Assembly: GCA_964016885.1 (NCBI GenBank)
Contig: OZ024760.1
Coordinates: forward strand, 24,738,001-24,802,000
DNA: 64,000 bases
Direction: 5' to 3'
DNA from: Eledone cirrhosa
Taxonomy: Eukaryota
In this document: positions 28,778 to 42,905 of the stretch, one piece after another
Layout: each line of letters begins with the position of its first letter
Position numbering within the stretch: position 1 is the first letter of the stretch
Translations under genes and position numbers: made by a program
The notes under the pieces: model-generated
The model's input: the letters and a program-made list of their open reading frames with translations, nothing else
The model's database searches: none
What the model was told of the DNA's origin: nothing

Positions 28778-29320
28778 GTTTGTTTTATAACATCTAGTCG
28801 AGAGCTTATCATGATGATTAGCGGAAATATAAATATTTCCTTTGTCTAACATTTTGAATGACCCGCCAAAAACCGGGGGTTATTGCCCCTGCTGGAATTA
28901 ACACGTGACAGCTATAGATACGATACGCTGCTTCTAGCAGCAACATTTAGCCTATCACCCCTGTTCTGGGTAGAACGAAAAGTCTGTTGAAAAACTGAAT
29001 CCTCCGTTCGATCATGAATACTACGAGCTTGCCAATCACGTAAGTCTGATATTTGATTTCGGATTAAAAGAAACACTTTAAGCGTAAAAGCGTTTGATTT
29101 GTCCAGGTGTATTTTTCTCAACCTGTTAGTTCTATCGTTACTTTGGTATATTATTGTGTGTTAGATTTTGCCTAGCACAATGTTCAATTTGTCAAGCTAT
29201 CTAAACGTGTGTTATTACTCTAAGGACCTAACTTATCGAGTGCTTTGCTAACTCATCATTTCATATAAGTAGGCCGAATTTGCTTGCAAACCGCCAGAAA
29301 TTCGATTTTACTAAATTTCC

Positions 29321-29368
<48 letters not shown>

Positions 29369-29612
29369 ATTAAGTCAAATATGTAAAATTTGGCTTCGTC
29401 TATTATAAATTATAAATATACTGGAATATATATTTCGGTGACAGCCATCATTGGCTGAGACCTCTTCAGGCAGTCCGAATTAGTGTGGGAAAGACAGGTA
29501 CACATGTAGTTGAAGTGTGTTTTAGTCCGTCAATACTCCGATATGTCCAGCTCCTGGTTGTTTTGTTATTTCTCTGAGGAACTGGAATATATATACATAC
29601 ACACACACACAA

Positions 29613-29815
<203 letters not shown>

Positions 29816-30015
29816 GGAGGTGAGTTTTATTGTAGTACAATAAAGCAATGCAGATATGTTGATTTAAAACTGCACTATTCACAAGTGTGTTTTAACCTTC
29901 ATATGATGTCTCCCTATTTTATCTGACGAAAACGCAAATGTTATTGCATGATGATATTTGTTTTTGAAATGCGCATAATAAAATACATGGAACTCTTTTA
30001 ACCATCTTTTGATCT

Positions 30016-30101
<86 letters not shown>

Positions 30102-30402
30102 GCAGAGGTTATATTTAATTTGTTGGGATTCAACAGGCTTTAAAATTGTTTATAACTGATATAAAGCATCCAACAGTTAGTAGAGTAAATATACAATATA
30201 TTAATAAATGGAAACTATATTTATAAAACCATAATTATTTTATTATATATATTTCAAGGGCAACCAAGGTAAATTATAGTGCGCCTTCATCAGATAAAAT
30301 ACAGATTTCTTATATAAATAAATATTGACATACCCGGAAAAAAGACAACCTCAACGGTTGAAATTCACTGGATAGTCAATATTTATTTATAAAACAAATC
30401 TG

Positions 30403-30468
30403 TATTTTATCTGATGAAAGCGCACCGTAATTTACCTTGGTTGCCCTTGAAATATATATAATAAAATA
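30403..30468 (+). ncRNA. Type I minimal hammerhead motif in a fold-back (mirror copy at 30236-30301, minus strand)
   Basis: UAUUUUAU-CUGAUGA-[imperfect stem II]-GAAA-UAUAUA-UA^AUAAAAUA, with an 8-bp stem I. Confidence 0.6.
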
Positions 30469-30512
30469 ATTATGGTTTTATAAATATAGTTTCCATTTAT
30501 TAATATATTGTA

Positions 30513-30577
<65 letters not shown>

Positions 30578-30618
30578 TGGTCTGTTGGAGACGCAGGACA
30601 TGGCAGCGATACAGTCCA

Positions 30619-30680
<62 letters not shown>

Positions 30681-30842
30681 TTTAGCACACCATTAACGAA
30701 CTTTTTGGATGCAGCCAAGCTAACGAATGCAGTTTCGGTGTGCAGCTAAGCACTCAATAGGGAATAATCCCTAGAGTTATAACATTACGTTTAGACAGTA
30801 AGCATAGCGACGAAGATAACCGAAATCAGGAAACATTTTTTA

Positions 30843-30882
<40 letters not shown>

Positions 30883-31834
30883 GGCATATGTACGTACATA
30901 TTCCCCCCACACACTGACACACACACATATATATATCGATACATACACACACATATACATACATATAGCAACATACACCAAGTACCGACGTTCCCATAGT
31001 TATACAAACACACACTTTTACAAACAGCAAACACAAACGTACTAATACATGCACATACATATGCACACACATACACATACAATCCCACACTTCCATACTT
31101 AAACAAATACAGACTTACATATACATTCACACAGTTTTACACACACACACACAGACTTACTTATATATTCACACACATATACACACGTTTACACAGCAAT
31201 CCACACTCTTATACATAAACAACCATAGATATAGCTATAAACTTATACACACACATTTATTTCTAAACATATTAATCATAGACGTACACTTTCACACACC
31301 TACACTCACATTCACACACATACACACACAATCACACACATTCACACACTTACACACACAAACACATACATTCACACACATACGCTCACAAACTCACACA
31401 TTCTCACTTATACGCACACAAACTCACACATTTACACACATACACACACACATACACACATTCACACATTCACACACTTACACACACAAGCACACACACA
31501 TATATAAACACACACACACGCACATATAAACACACACACGCACATGTAAACACACACACACATATAAACACACACACACATATAAATACACACACATATA
31601 AACACACACACATACATACATACACACATAAACACACACACACACATATAAACACACATGTACACACAACAACCCAGACGTTTAGTAAAAAGTGTTCACT
31701 TATTTAAAGAAATTATAATTATTGACAATTTCGATTAAATTAATTGTTACCCCAGGTAAAGGAGATTATTTAGAAGCTAGACAGCGTTCTTCCATTTTTC
31801 AAATCTTCATCAACATCGTCATGATAATAATAAT

Positions 31835-31930
31835 AATTGTTTCTACTTTTGGCACAAGGTCAGCAATAACCCAGTACATTACTGGTACTTTCTTTTATCG
31901 ACCCGTAAGGATGAAAGGCAAAGTTAACCA
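31835..31930 (-). mobile_element. SINE family A, 3' half
   Basis: Tail and core motif, truncated at (AAT)n. Confidence 0.8.
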
Positions 31931-31932
31931 TG

Positions 31933-31994
<62 letters not shown>

Positions 31995-31998
<4 letters not shown>

Positions 31999-32392
31999 GA
32001 CCTGACCTGGTGGTTGTGGACAAAGAAAAAAGATCGTGCCTGATTGTGGATGTGGCCTGCCCGTTCGACACGAGAGTGCAAGAGAAGGAGAGGGAGAAAA
32101 TTAACCGATACCAGGACCTAAAGTGGGAGATGAAAAGGATTTGGAACTGCCATGAAGTCAAAGTGATCCCGATTGTCATAGGCGCACTGGGGACTATCTC
32201 CAAAGGTTTCCAGGGATGGTTAAAGAAAATCGGCCCCTTCACGCTTTTTGGAACGCTTCAAAAGGCATGCTTGCTTGGAACGGCAAGAACCCTCCGATAC
32301 GTCCTGAATATCTGAGGCTGCAGGTAGTGGCTTGATATTCAATCCAACGGACTTTCCAGTTAACCAACACCAATGACTGAGATTCAAGGAAT
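31995..32392 (+). mobile_element. R4/Dong-clade non-LTR retrotransposon 3' fragment (restriction-like endonuclease)
   Basis: RPDLVVVDKEKRSCLIVDVACPFD...EREKINRYQDL...IPIVIGALG is a PD-(D/E)xK RLE motif. Flanked by (AAT)n on both sides. Confidence 0.9.
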
Positions 32393-32395
32393 AAC

Positions 32396-32472
<77 letters not shown>

Positions 32473-32504
32473 GGAGGAAATAACAACAAGGAGAAAGAGC
32501 AGCC

Positions 32505-33326
32505 TCCATGAAAAATCCCTTCATAGTACCTTCTTTGAGAAAACTGAATTCAGAGATCCACAGACATGGAACTGGTTGAAAAGAGGAGACATTAAAAAGG
32601 CTACAGAAGGAATGCTAATGGCTGCGCAAGAGCAGGCCCTCAAAACGAAATGGCTGAAACACCATATCTACAAGGAGGAGACTAGCCCACTGAGTAGGAT
32701 CTGTGGAGAGAGGAGACTGTGGCTCACATTGTATCCGAGTGTAAACACCTAGCCTAGACTCACTATAAAGGTTGGAGACATGATGTAATGGGCAGGGTGA
32801 TCCACTGGGACCTATGCAAAGTAAACAATTTACCACATTCTGAGAAGTGGTATGAGCATAAGCCAGAGTCGGTGATAGAAAACGATCAGGTGAAGGTGCT
32901 GTGGAATTTTAGTATACAGACGGACAAGAAACTGGAACACAATAGACCTGACCTGGTGGTTTTGGACAAGGAAAAAAGATCGTGTCTGATTGTCGATGTG
33001 GCCTGCCCATTCAACACGAGAGTGCAAGAGAAGGAGAGGGAGAAAATTAACCGATACCAGGACTTCAAGTGGGAGGTAAAAAGGATTTGGAACTGCCATG
33101 AAGTCAAAGTGGTCCCGATTGTCATAGGCGCACTGGGTACTATCTCAAAAAGTTTCCGGGGATGGTTAAAGAAAATTGGCCCCGCCACGCTTTTTGGAAC
33201 GCTTCAAAAGGCATGCTTGCTGGAAACAGCAAGAACCCTCTGATACGTCCTGAATATCTGAGGCTGCAGATAGTGGACTCAACAAACTTTCCAGTTAACT
33301 AACATCAATGACTGAGACTCAAAGAA
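32505..33326 (+). mobile_element. Second R4/Dong-clade 3' fragment (degenerate CCHC knuckle plus RLE), pseudogenised
   Basis: WLKRGDIKKATEGMLMAAQEQAL..RIC..ETVAHIVSEC..RHD..IHWDLC..WYEHKPE..RPDLVV..DVACP, with frameshifts and stops. Confidence 0.9.
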
Positions 33327-34151
33327 CAATAATAATAATAGTAATAATCATCATCATCATCATCACCAATATAATCATCATCACTAGCATCATCATCATC
33401 TTTATCATCATCATCATCATTACCATCACCATCACCATCATTATTTTCATCATCACCATCGAGTTCATCATCTTTACCACGTTCAACATCCCCCCCTTTG
33501 TACGTACTTATCGCCATAGTAACCATCACCGTAGTTCTCATCACTATAACGGTTTGAAAATCTCTCTGTAGAACAACTCTAATCCATGAATACAATAAGA
33601 CCAAGTTACAATCCATTACTATAACTAACTAAACACATTCAATACAAACATTAACTAAAATATAATTTAACATATGTAATGGATCAGAAATCAATACCTT
33701 TCATATATTCTCCACACATACAAATTTGAACTCTACAGAAACTATCATCGCATTACATCCTCCATAATACACTAACATATTCGTTTAAAGTGGTTGTATT
33801 GTATGTAATACCTTGCCATACAGTATTCATATATGCCTAATACATTTGCTCGTTTCCTTCCCATATATATGACTAACGCATCTACAATCTCTACACGCTT
33901 GAATATGTACTGCTTTCTCAATGCCTCTTTAATTATTAGACTATTTTCTTGTATTATCTGTCGCATGTATTCCACTCTGTGCTTTTAATTTGAATTTGAA
34001 TTTTAATTTTAATTCTTGTACAATTTTCGTATAATATATGTCGCATCCATTACACCCTGTATATACTAAACTGTTGTTGACAACATCAATATATATGTAT
34101 CTATATGATTGTTCAGTTGAATAGGAGCTTAATTATATGTACAAACATTGA

Positions 34152-34205
34152 TAATGCTCCGATGACTCCAAACTAAAGTTTGGAAGAAACAATTGTCAGC
34201 GATTA
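34152..34205 (+). ncRNA. Degenerate minimal hammerhead motif
   Basis: UAAUGCU-CCGAUGA(U4C)-CUCCAAAC-UAAA-GUUUGGAA-GAAA-CAAUUG-UC^AGCGAUUA. Confidence 0.5.
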
Positions 34206-34389
34206 AATGATTTGAACATAGCTTTGATACTTGTGTAATTTATATTCCTGGTCTGTAAAACACCTGATGTTCTTACATTCAGCTATTTCTCTTACTGGTA
34301 ATAGGGTAGTAGGAAATTACTGACCTTTCCTGTTTATAGTTGTTTATAGTATAGTATATACACGACTATAAATAGTATCATTATTATTA

Positions 34390-34487
34390 TTGACTTTGCC
34401 TTTCATCCTTACGGGGTCTATAAAATAAAGTACCAGTAATGCACTGGGTAATTGGTGGCCTTGTGCCTAAAGTAGAAACAATTATTA
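34390..34487 (+). mobile_element. SINE family A, 5'-truncated
   Basis: Core and tail only. Confidence 0.85.
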
Positions 34488-34498
34488 TTATATATATA

Positions 34499-34548
<50 letters not shown>

Positions 34549-34880
34549 GCTTCTACAGGACTAGAACTGCTGCTTCAGGCTTCCTGATGATTTCTCCCGA
34601 ACGAAACACTTCTAGTCCTGTATATGTTATGACGTATATATTATTTTTTCTGGTACATATGCTTTTGGTTATGTGTATACGTGAGTTTTGCGTCTGTATG
34701 AGTATGTGGGTTCGTACGTATGTAGGGTGTGTGTATATGTGTACATCGTGTTTTGGTTGACGTACGTCTCCGGACATAAGTCTATTTACATGTAGGTATG
34801 TGTGTGAGATTGTTATATACGTATTTATTTATTTATATACGTTTATTTAATTATATGTATACACGCACACACACACACAC

Positions 34881-34981
<101 letters not shown>

Positions 34982-35810
34982 AAAATATATATTTCTATGT
35001 GTATTTGGTGTATACATTCGTATGCGTGCGGGTACAGGCGTTGCGCGGGTTCTGTATGTGCGTGCGTTTTTTTGATGTTTTTTTGTACACGCGTGTATTT
35101 GTATACCTATGGCGAGTGTTTTTGCGTATGCTTGTGTATATGGATGCGTGTATGTATTTATTTAATTTCATTTATCTCTGTATTTTATTTACTTTATTCT
35201 TAACTCTGAAGTCGAGAATCATTCGGTTTCCTAGTTAGAATTTTAGTCTACGACTTCAGCTATACCATTTACATGGTTTTGTCTTTGCCTGCAATTGTCC
35301 TCCCTGATCCATATATGACGTATTATCTTCATTGCCAGAGAACGTCTCAATGAACCACCTAAGAGAACATTAGTCTACGACTTCTTTTATACCATAAACG
35401 TGGTTCTGTCTTTGCGTGTAATTGTTTTTTACCGCTCCTATTAATGACGTATTATATTCGTTTTTTTCCCGTTCTTTGCCAGGGAACGTTTCCACGAACC
35501 AAAGTATCGTCTTCCTGTCTTCCTCCGGTTGCAACGTTTTTTGAAATATTCACTTCTGCGTTCACATATTGACTTTGTTAGTTTCAGAAGATCCCGTTAA
35601 GGGTGAAAGCAGCGATTCTTTGCTTAAACTTTAATCTGTTATTTTAATAAATATTTGCTCTACGGTTCTTATATATTTGATATATATTTTTCTTATCGAG
35701 CCCTCTTTGGATTTTAGTCTTCAACTTTATTATTATTACTATATATATATATATATATATAGTGACGAAACATAAATAAGTCAATTGCATGAACTCATAA
35801 TCCTTTATTT

Positions 35811-35866
35811 ACTGCTATATATATTTCGATAATAGCCATTGAATGGCTATGACCTCATCAGGCAGT
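35811..35866 (-). ncRNA. Type I minimal hammerhead motif with canonical core
   Basis: Minus strand: ACUGC-CUGAUGA-GGUCAUAGCCAUU-C-AAUGGCUAUUAUC-GAAA-UAUAUA-UA^GCAGU. Confidence 0.75.
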
Positions 35867-35938
35867 TAATATCTATATATATTTCGTTTCTGAATTTGTT
35901 TAGCAAGATTCTTTATCTGAAAACGTGTGTTGAAACCG

Positions 35939-36105
35939 ATATTGTTATGCTTTGGGAAGGTCATGTTGCCAATAAGAAACACACGCACCAGTTGCTTTCA
36001 CTCCAATTTATTATAAATTAAATTTATAAATTTAATTTATAATAAATTGAAGTGAAAGCAACTGGTGCTTGTGTTTCTTATGGCAACATGACCCTCCTAA
36101 AGCAT

Positions 36106-36111
<6 letters not shown>
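35939..36111. repeat. Fold-back inverted repeat (~80-bp arms), same family as 60181-60434
   Basis: ATTGTTATGCTTTGGGAAGGTCATGTTGCCA.. mirrored by ..TGGCAACATGACCCTCCTAAAGCATAACAAT. Confidence 0.85.
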
Positions 36112-36158
<47 letters not shown>

Positions 36159-36494
36159 CTACACCTCTCTCTCTATACACAAGAGTTCATTTTTTCCAGT
36201 CTCTTTCTCAACAAGGAAGATGAAAAAAAGTACCACAACAATTAATCTTAAATCTTTGATTTTGGGCTTTTAGCTGAATTCTTTTCAATTGTAATGCTCA
36301 ACATTTGATCAGATGAATTTTACTAATACATCGAAACCGGTAATACTTTATATACTTTATGTACTTTATATACATTATAAAACTCCTTTTTAAAAGAATT
36401 GTCCCTCTCATTTTTTCGATAATGTCACTTTAACGAAAAAAAAAAGAAACGAAAAACAGAGCTTAAAATATATTTTCCGTGCCAATTCCAATTT

Positions 36495-36562
<68 letters not shown>

Positions 36563-36576
36563 CTTTTTTCTCTCTA

Positions 36577-36711
<135 letters not shown>

Positions 36712-38392
36712 GTGTGTGTGTGTGGGTGTATGTCTGCATATATTAACGGTTTGTATGTTTGAAAGTAATATAGGCCTCTGAGACGTGTCGTTTTGTATAA
36801 GCATATTAAGAATGTTGCACGTTTGATAGATTTCATTATAAAACGTGTAGTGTTGATATTTCACCAAATACACAATACAACAGCATATAAAACAGGAGAA
36901 AATATAATACAATACACTTTTGTCTTTTCAATATTTGCGTTCTTTGACAAATCCGGGCAAGCAGAAAATGTGTTAAACTGGAGAACAACGTGCGAAGCTT
37001 TCATTACAGATATTTACACGTGTCTCTATAGAAATACTTAGCTTCTTTATATTTCGTATCCGTTCGTTTCTTTGTTTGTCAATTCTTATTTCCTTAGTTG
37101 TTATGTTGAAATGAAAATATATTTCTATTTGTAGAAATATTATAACACACTAGATGGCGGTAGATTAAAAGTATCGTTAGAGTATTGAACAACATGGTCG
37201 ATAAATAAAATATTAATCAACTACAAGTTGATTAATATTTTATTAATATTAATCGATTCATCTCAAACAAATACCCGTTTGACTGAATCAGATATCAAAG
37301 GCGGTGGATTGACAGTATCTGAGTTCCAATCCCGCTTTGCCACTCGTCTTTATGGGCAGGGTTGGATTCAGACAGGGGCTTGGGGGTGGGGTCCTGGAGG
37401 GGATGTGGTGGGGTCACTTCACGTTTCGGGGCCCAGCATACACACAATAGAATACATAGCAACTCTCCCTCAATATTACATATCTACGTTAGCTTGACGT
37501 AGGAAATTGGAATTGAAAATGTATACATATAGGCATGAAATTCAAAAATTCTAACCATCCTAACATTAAAAAGACTAGCTGAGGTTACAAATAAATTGGT
37601 ACGACCGTCGCTGGTACCCACCCCTAACTACAGACAACCAGTGGTAATTTACCTCTTTACCCCGCTCGTAAGAAAGTACCAGTTATTCACTGGAGTTGAT
37701 TTAATCGACTTTCCCCTCCCCGAAAATTGCTGGATTTGTGCCAAAATAAAAATAAAAAATTATTTCCAGCATAGATATTAATATTTTTTTTTTTTGTTCA
37801 TTTACTTTCAATTAATTTCATTATTCATTTCATTTCTTTTATTATTTTCTCTATTTATTATTTCTTTCATTGGTGTGTTTAACGACTTCTAGGAATAAAA
37901 TTTATTCCCTGTTTAAAAAAAACAGCAAAATTGCACAGAAAATAAAATGTATTTATAATAGTTGAAAATAACGCAACGTTTTTAACACATTGTGTTGTAA
38001 AAAATCGTCTCTTGTGGGAATCGAGCATTAGAAGCTGAAGAGTGCAAGAGTGCATTATACACAACACCAAGACACTCCTGCCAACCCCTTCCGTCTATTT
38101 TAAAGCTGTTATCTAATCAGCTAAAGTGCAAACTGTGTTAACAGCTAGGAAGCGTGTGATAGGATTTCAAAGTAGGTTGTGTTTTTATGTAAATCTACAC
38201 ACACACACACACACAACAAACACACACACACATACATATATATGCATATACATATATATATGCATATAAATATGAATATATATATATATATATGATTATA
38301 TACAAACATATGTATGTATAAAGTAAACATTATGTTTACTTTTTACATAAATATGCATATATATGCACATATACATATATATCTATATATAT

Positions 38393-38457
<65 letters not shown>

Positions 38458-38612
38458 TATATATACGTAGAGATATGTATATATATATATATACATATAG
38501 TTAAATATTTATATGTATATATATATGTATGTGTAGATATATGCATATATGCTTATATATGTGTATGTGAAAAGTAAAAAGAACTAATATTTACGTACAA
38601 TGTTTGTATATA

Positions 38613-38658
<46 letters not shown>

Positions 38659-38687
38659 TAGATATGGATGTATATATATACATACAT

Positions 38688-38822
<135 letters not shown>

Positions 38823-38872
38823 CATATCTCTCTCTCTCTATATATATATATATAATGTGTATATATACGTAG

Positions 38873-38908
<36 letters not shown>

Positions 38909-39363
38909 GGATGTATATATATATATATATACATCCATATATAAATATATATATATATATATATACATATCTCTACGTATATATACACATTATATATATA
39001 TATATATACATACGTATATACGTATATAGTAGGTTTCTGAAAGGACCACCAAACTACCAAGCAAGCAAATCAACAAAAACAACAACAGCAGCATCAGAAA
39101 CAGCAGCAGCAACAACAGCAACGACAAACAGTAGAGGCCATTACAACACACAACCATATAACAGCAACGACAACAACAACAACAACAGCAACATCACAAT
39201 ATAACTCAACAAAACACAACATATACTAAACAACAGATTAATGAATGGAAGATTGGGAAAGAAACAATCTATGTAATGTAATATAGAGGAAGTTGTAGTA
39301 TATTTAGATAAAAGATGGCTGAGATTAGATTGGAAATATACATAGAGAAATATACTAAGCCGT

Positions 39364-39459
<96 letters not shown>

Positions 39460-39582
39460 GGTGTGTGTGCTGGTGTGTGTTTGTATGTTTGTAGATGTAC
39501 ATAAATAGATTAATACATATTTGTATATATATACATATATATATTGATTTATATATATTTATATATATTCATATTTATATAT

Positions 39583-39781
39583 ATAACGAAGGAAATGTGG
39601 TAAGGGACCACGTGGACCATAACGCACCAAAGTACTCAATACTTAGGGTAGAAGAGTGGGTAATAGGAACGAGTAGGACCCCGACGGCTGAGTTCAAGCC
39701 GTTTCGACGGCTAATTAATTAGTCCAGAATTAGCAGTCGAAACGGCTTGAGCTCAGCCGTCGGGGTCCTACTCGTTCCTAT
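39583..39781. mobile_element. Short fold-back insertion of the Penelope-like 3' tail
   Basis: Long arm is the reverse complement of ~59866-59998; the short inverted arm ends in GTTCCTAT; (TA)n on both sides. Confidence 0.85.
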
Positions 39782-39950
39782 ATATATATATATATATATT
39801 CATATATGTATATGTGTCTATAAAAAGAAATATATATATATACAAATATATATATATATCTATAAGTATATGTATATATATATGTGTGTATATATATATA
39901 TAGTTTCGTTGACAAGTATATTAATGTGCACAGACACGCAGATGTACAGT

Positions 39951-39983
<33 letters not shown>

Positions 39984-40075
39984 ACATACATACGCACATA
40001 TACATACATATACAAACACACACACACGCGTATACACAAACACCCATACGCACATACAAAAACACATACATATAG

Positions 40076-40150
<75 letters not shown>

Positions 40151-40525
40151 CTTTGTAAATAAACATACATATGAGAGATTATTCGAGATAGCAAACTCAT
40201 ATAGTGTGAAATATAATTATGGATGAATGAATTCGCAGCAAATGAAGAGGGAGACAAACTGTGTAAGAAGGTCACGGAGGTCTAACTATAGAAAATATAT
40301 ATATTTGAAATGAATAAAATAACATTTATGAAGGATCGAGAACTATGTATATATATATATATATATATATATTTTGTATATACATATACATATATTACAT
40401 ATATATATACATATATATATACATATACGTATATATATACATATATATATATGCATATACGTATATTATATATATAATGTTTGTATATATACATATATAT
40501 ATATATATAGAATACATATATAAAC

Positions 40526-40570
<45 letters not shown>

Positions 40571-40661
40571 TATATTTATATATCATTTATACAGATACTA
40601 TACACATACATATACATATATATAGCATATATTTACATATTTGTATATATATATACATATT

Positions 40662-40732
<71 letters not shown>

Positions 40733-41335
40733 TCAAGCAGACACAGCAACACACGTCTTCACACATACATTATTAAAGTAGACATTATGAACGCAACACC
40801 AGTGTAAAGCACTCAAACGTAACAACAACAACAATAATATTGATAATACTAAAATTATTACTACAAAATATTCATATATACATGCCTCAAATTAGCATAT
40901 GCATATATACATTATGTATATATATATATATATGTATATATCTGTGTTGAATCGGAGGTAACCAGAGTAAGTAAGGTACTCAATACATAGGACGGTATAC
41001 ATTTTTTAATATAGAAGAGCTTCTACAGGACTAGTACTGTTTCATTCGTGAGAAATTATCAGCATGAAGTATTTCCGTAGGAAAGGTACAGAAAAAGAGA
41101 GTGCTCTATGTAGGCTACAGAGCTGTTTAATTATGTAATAAACAGCATGAGATAATTATTTCATTTACCAGTGGTTATTTATTCGTTCTGAAAACTGAAG
41201 ACTGAAGACAGATATAAATATCTGTCTTCAAGAAACCGCTGGTAAATGAAATAATTATCTAATGTTGTTTAATACATAACTATATATATATATGTCGTTT
41301 CAATTTGGATTGCCTCGGAAACATGACCTTATTAA

Positions 41336-41408
41336 GCTGTCTGACGATGTCGCGACACTGGCGTACGGAACAGTGTTCCACTGTCGCCATTGAAATATAT
41401 ATCACAGT
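41336..41408 (+). ncRNA. Type I minimal hammerhead motif
   Basis: GCUGU-CUGACGA-U[GUCGCGACACUGG...CCACUGUCGCCAU]U-GAAA-UAUAUA-UC^ACAGU. Confidence 0.6.
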
Positions 41409-41505
41409 ATTATTATTTAAAAGACTTGAACATCTAAAACTACTTCGCTTTTCCTTATATTCTTTCTATATATATGTATATATTTATATATATATATATA
41501 TATAA

Positions 41506-41589
<84 letters not shown>

Positions 41590-41639
41590 TCGCACCCACG
41601 CACACATATATATATATAGGTATATATATGTGTATATAT

Positions 41640-41677
<38 letters not shown>

Positions 41678-41884
41678 CCACGCACACCATATATATATAT
41701 AGGTATATATATATATGTATATATACACACATATATATATATATATATATATACACACCCACGCACACACATATATATATATAGGTATATATATATATGT
41801 ATATATACACACACACATATATATATATACACACCCACGCACACACACATATATATATATGTATATATATATATATGTATATAT

Positions 41885-41915
<31 letters not shown>

Positions 41916-42052
41916 AATATATGCACAGCCACACACATATACCTATATATATGTATATATATATATATAAATATATGCACAGCCACACACATATACCTAT
42001 ATATATATATGTATATATATATATGTATATTTATATATATATATGTAAGTAT

Positions 42053-42200
42053 GTGGATTGGCAGTATCGGTAGAGAGTCGGACGCCATGCTTTCCAGCAC
42101 AGTTACGTCCCTTTACGATCTGAGTTCAAATCCAGCGAAGGTTGACTTTGTCTTTCATCCTTACGGTCGATAAAAAATAAAGTACCAGTAATTTACTGGT
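42053..42200 (+). mobile_element. SINE family A
   Basis: A-box, B-box and core. Confidence 0.88.
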
Positions 42201-42234
42201 ACTTTATATATATATGTGTCTATATATGTGTATA

Positions 42235-42871
42235 TATATATATACGTGTATATATCTGAATTTATATCTCTCTATATATATACATCTATTCTCACAAGCA
42301 TATATATATATATATATATATAATATATATATATATATGCTTGTGAGAATAGATGTATATATATAGAGAGATATAAAATATATATATATATATATATATA
42401 TGCTTGTGAGAATAGATGTATATATATAGAGAGATATAAATTCAGATATATACACGTACGTATATACATATATACATAAAACACACCTATATATATTTAT
42501 ATAGGTATATATATATATATTATATGTATATATACATATAATACAAGTATTAACATATAGACACAGATTCAAGTAAATTATATATATTTATATATATGTA
42601 TATACATATAATATATATATATATATACATATATATAAATATATATAATTTACTTGAATCTGTGTCTATATGTTAATACTTGTATTATATGTATATATAG
42701 ATATAATATATATATACCTATATAAATATATATAGGTGTGTTTTATGTATATATGTATATACGTACGTGTATATATCTGAATTTATATCTCTCTATATAT
42801 ACACATCTATTCTCACAAGCATATATATATATATTTTATATCTCTCTATATATATACATCTATTCTCACAA

Positions 42872-42905
<34 letters not shown>

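Noticed and set aside
31722-32315. 197-aa ORF as a chimeric gene
   Set aside because: Fortuitous read-through of an antisense SINE, (AAT)n and a retrotransposon endonuclease fragment.
33772-33975. Possible endonuclease or coding fragment
   Set aside because: No motif I could assign with confidence, and stops in alternative frames.
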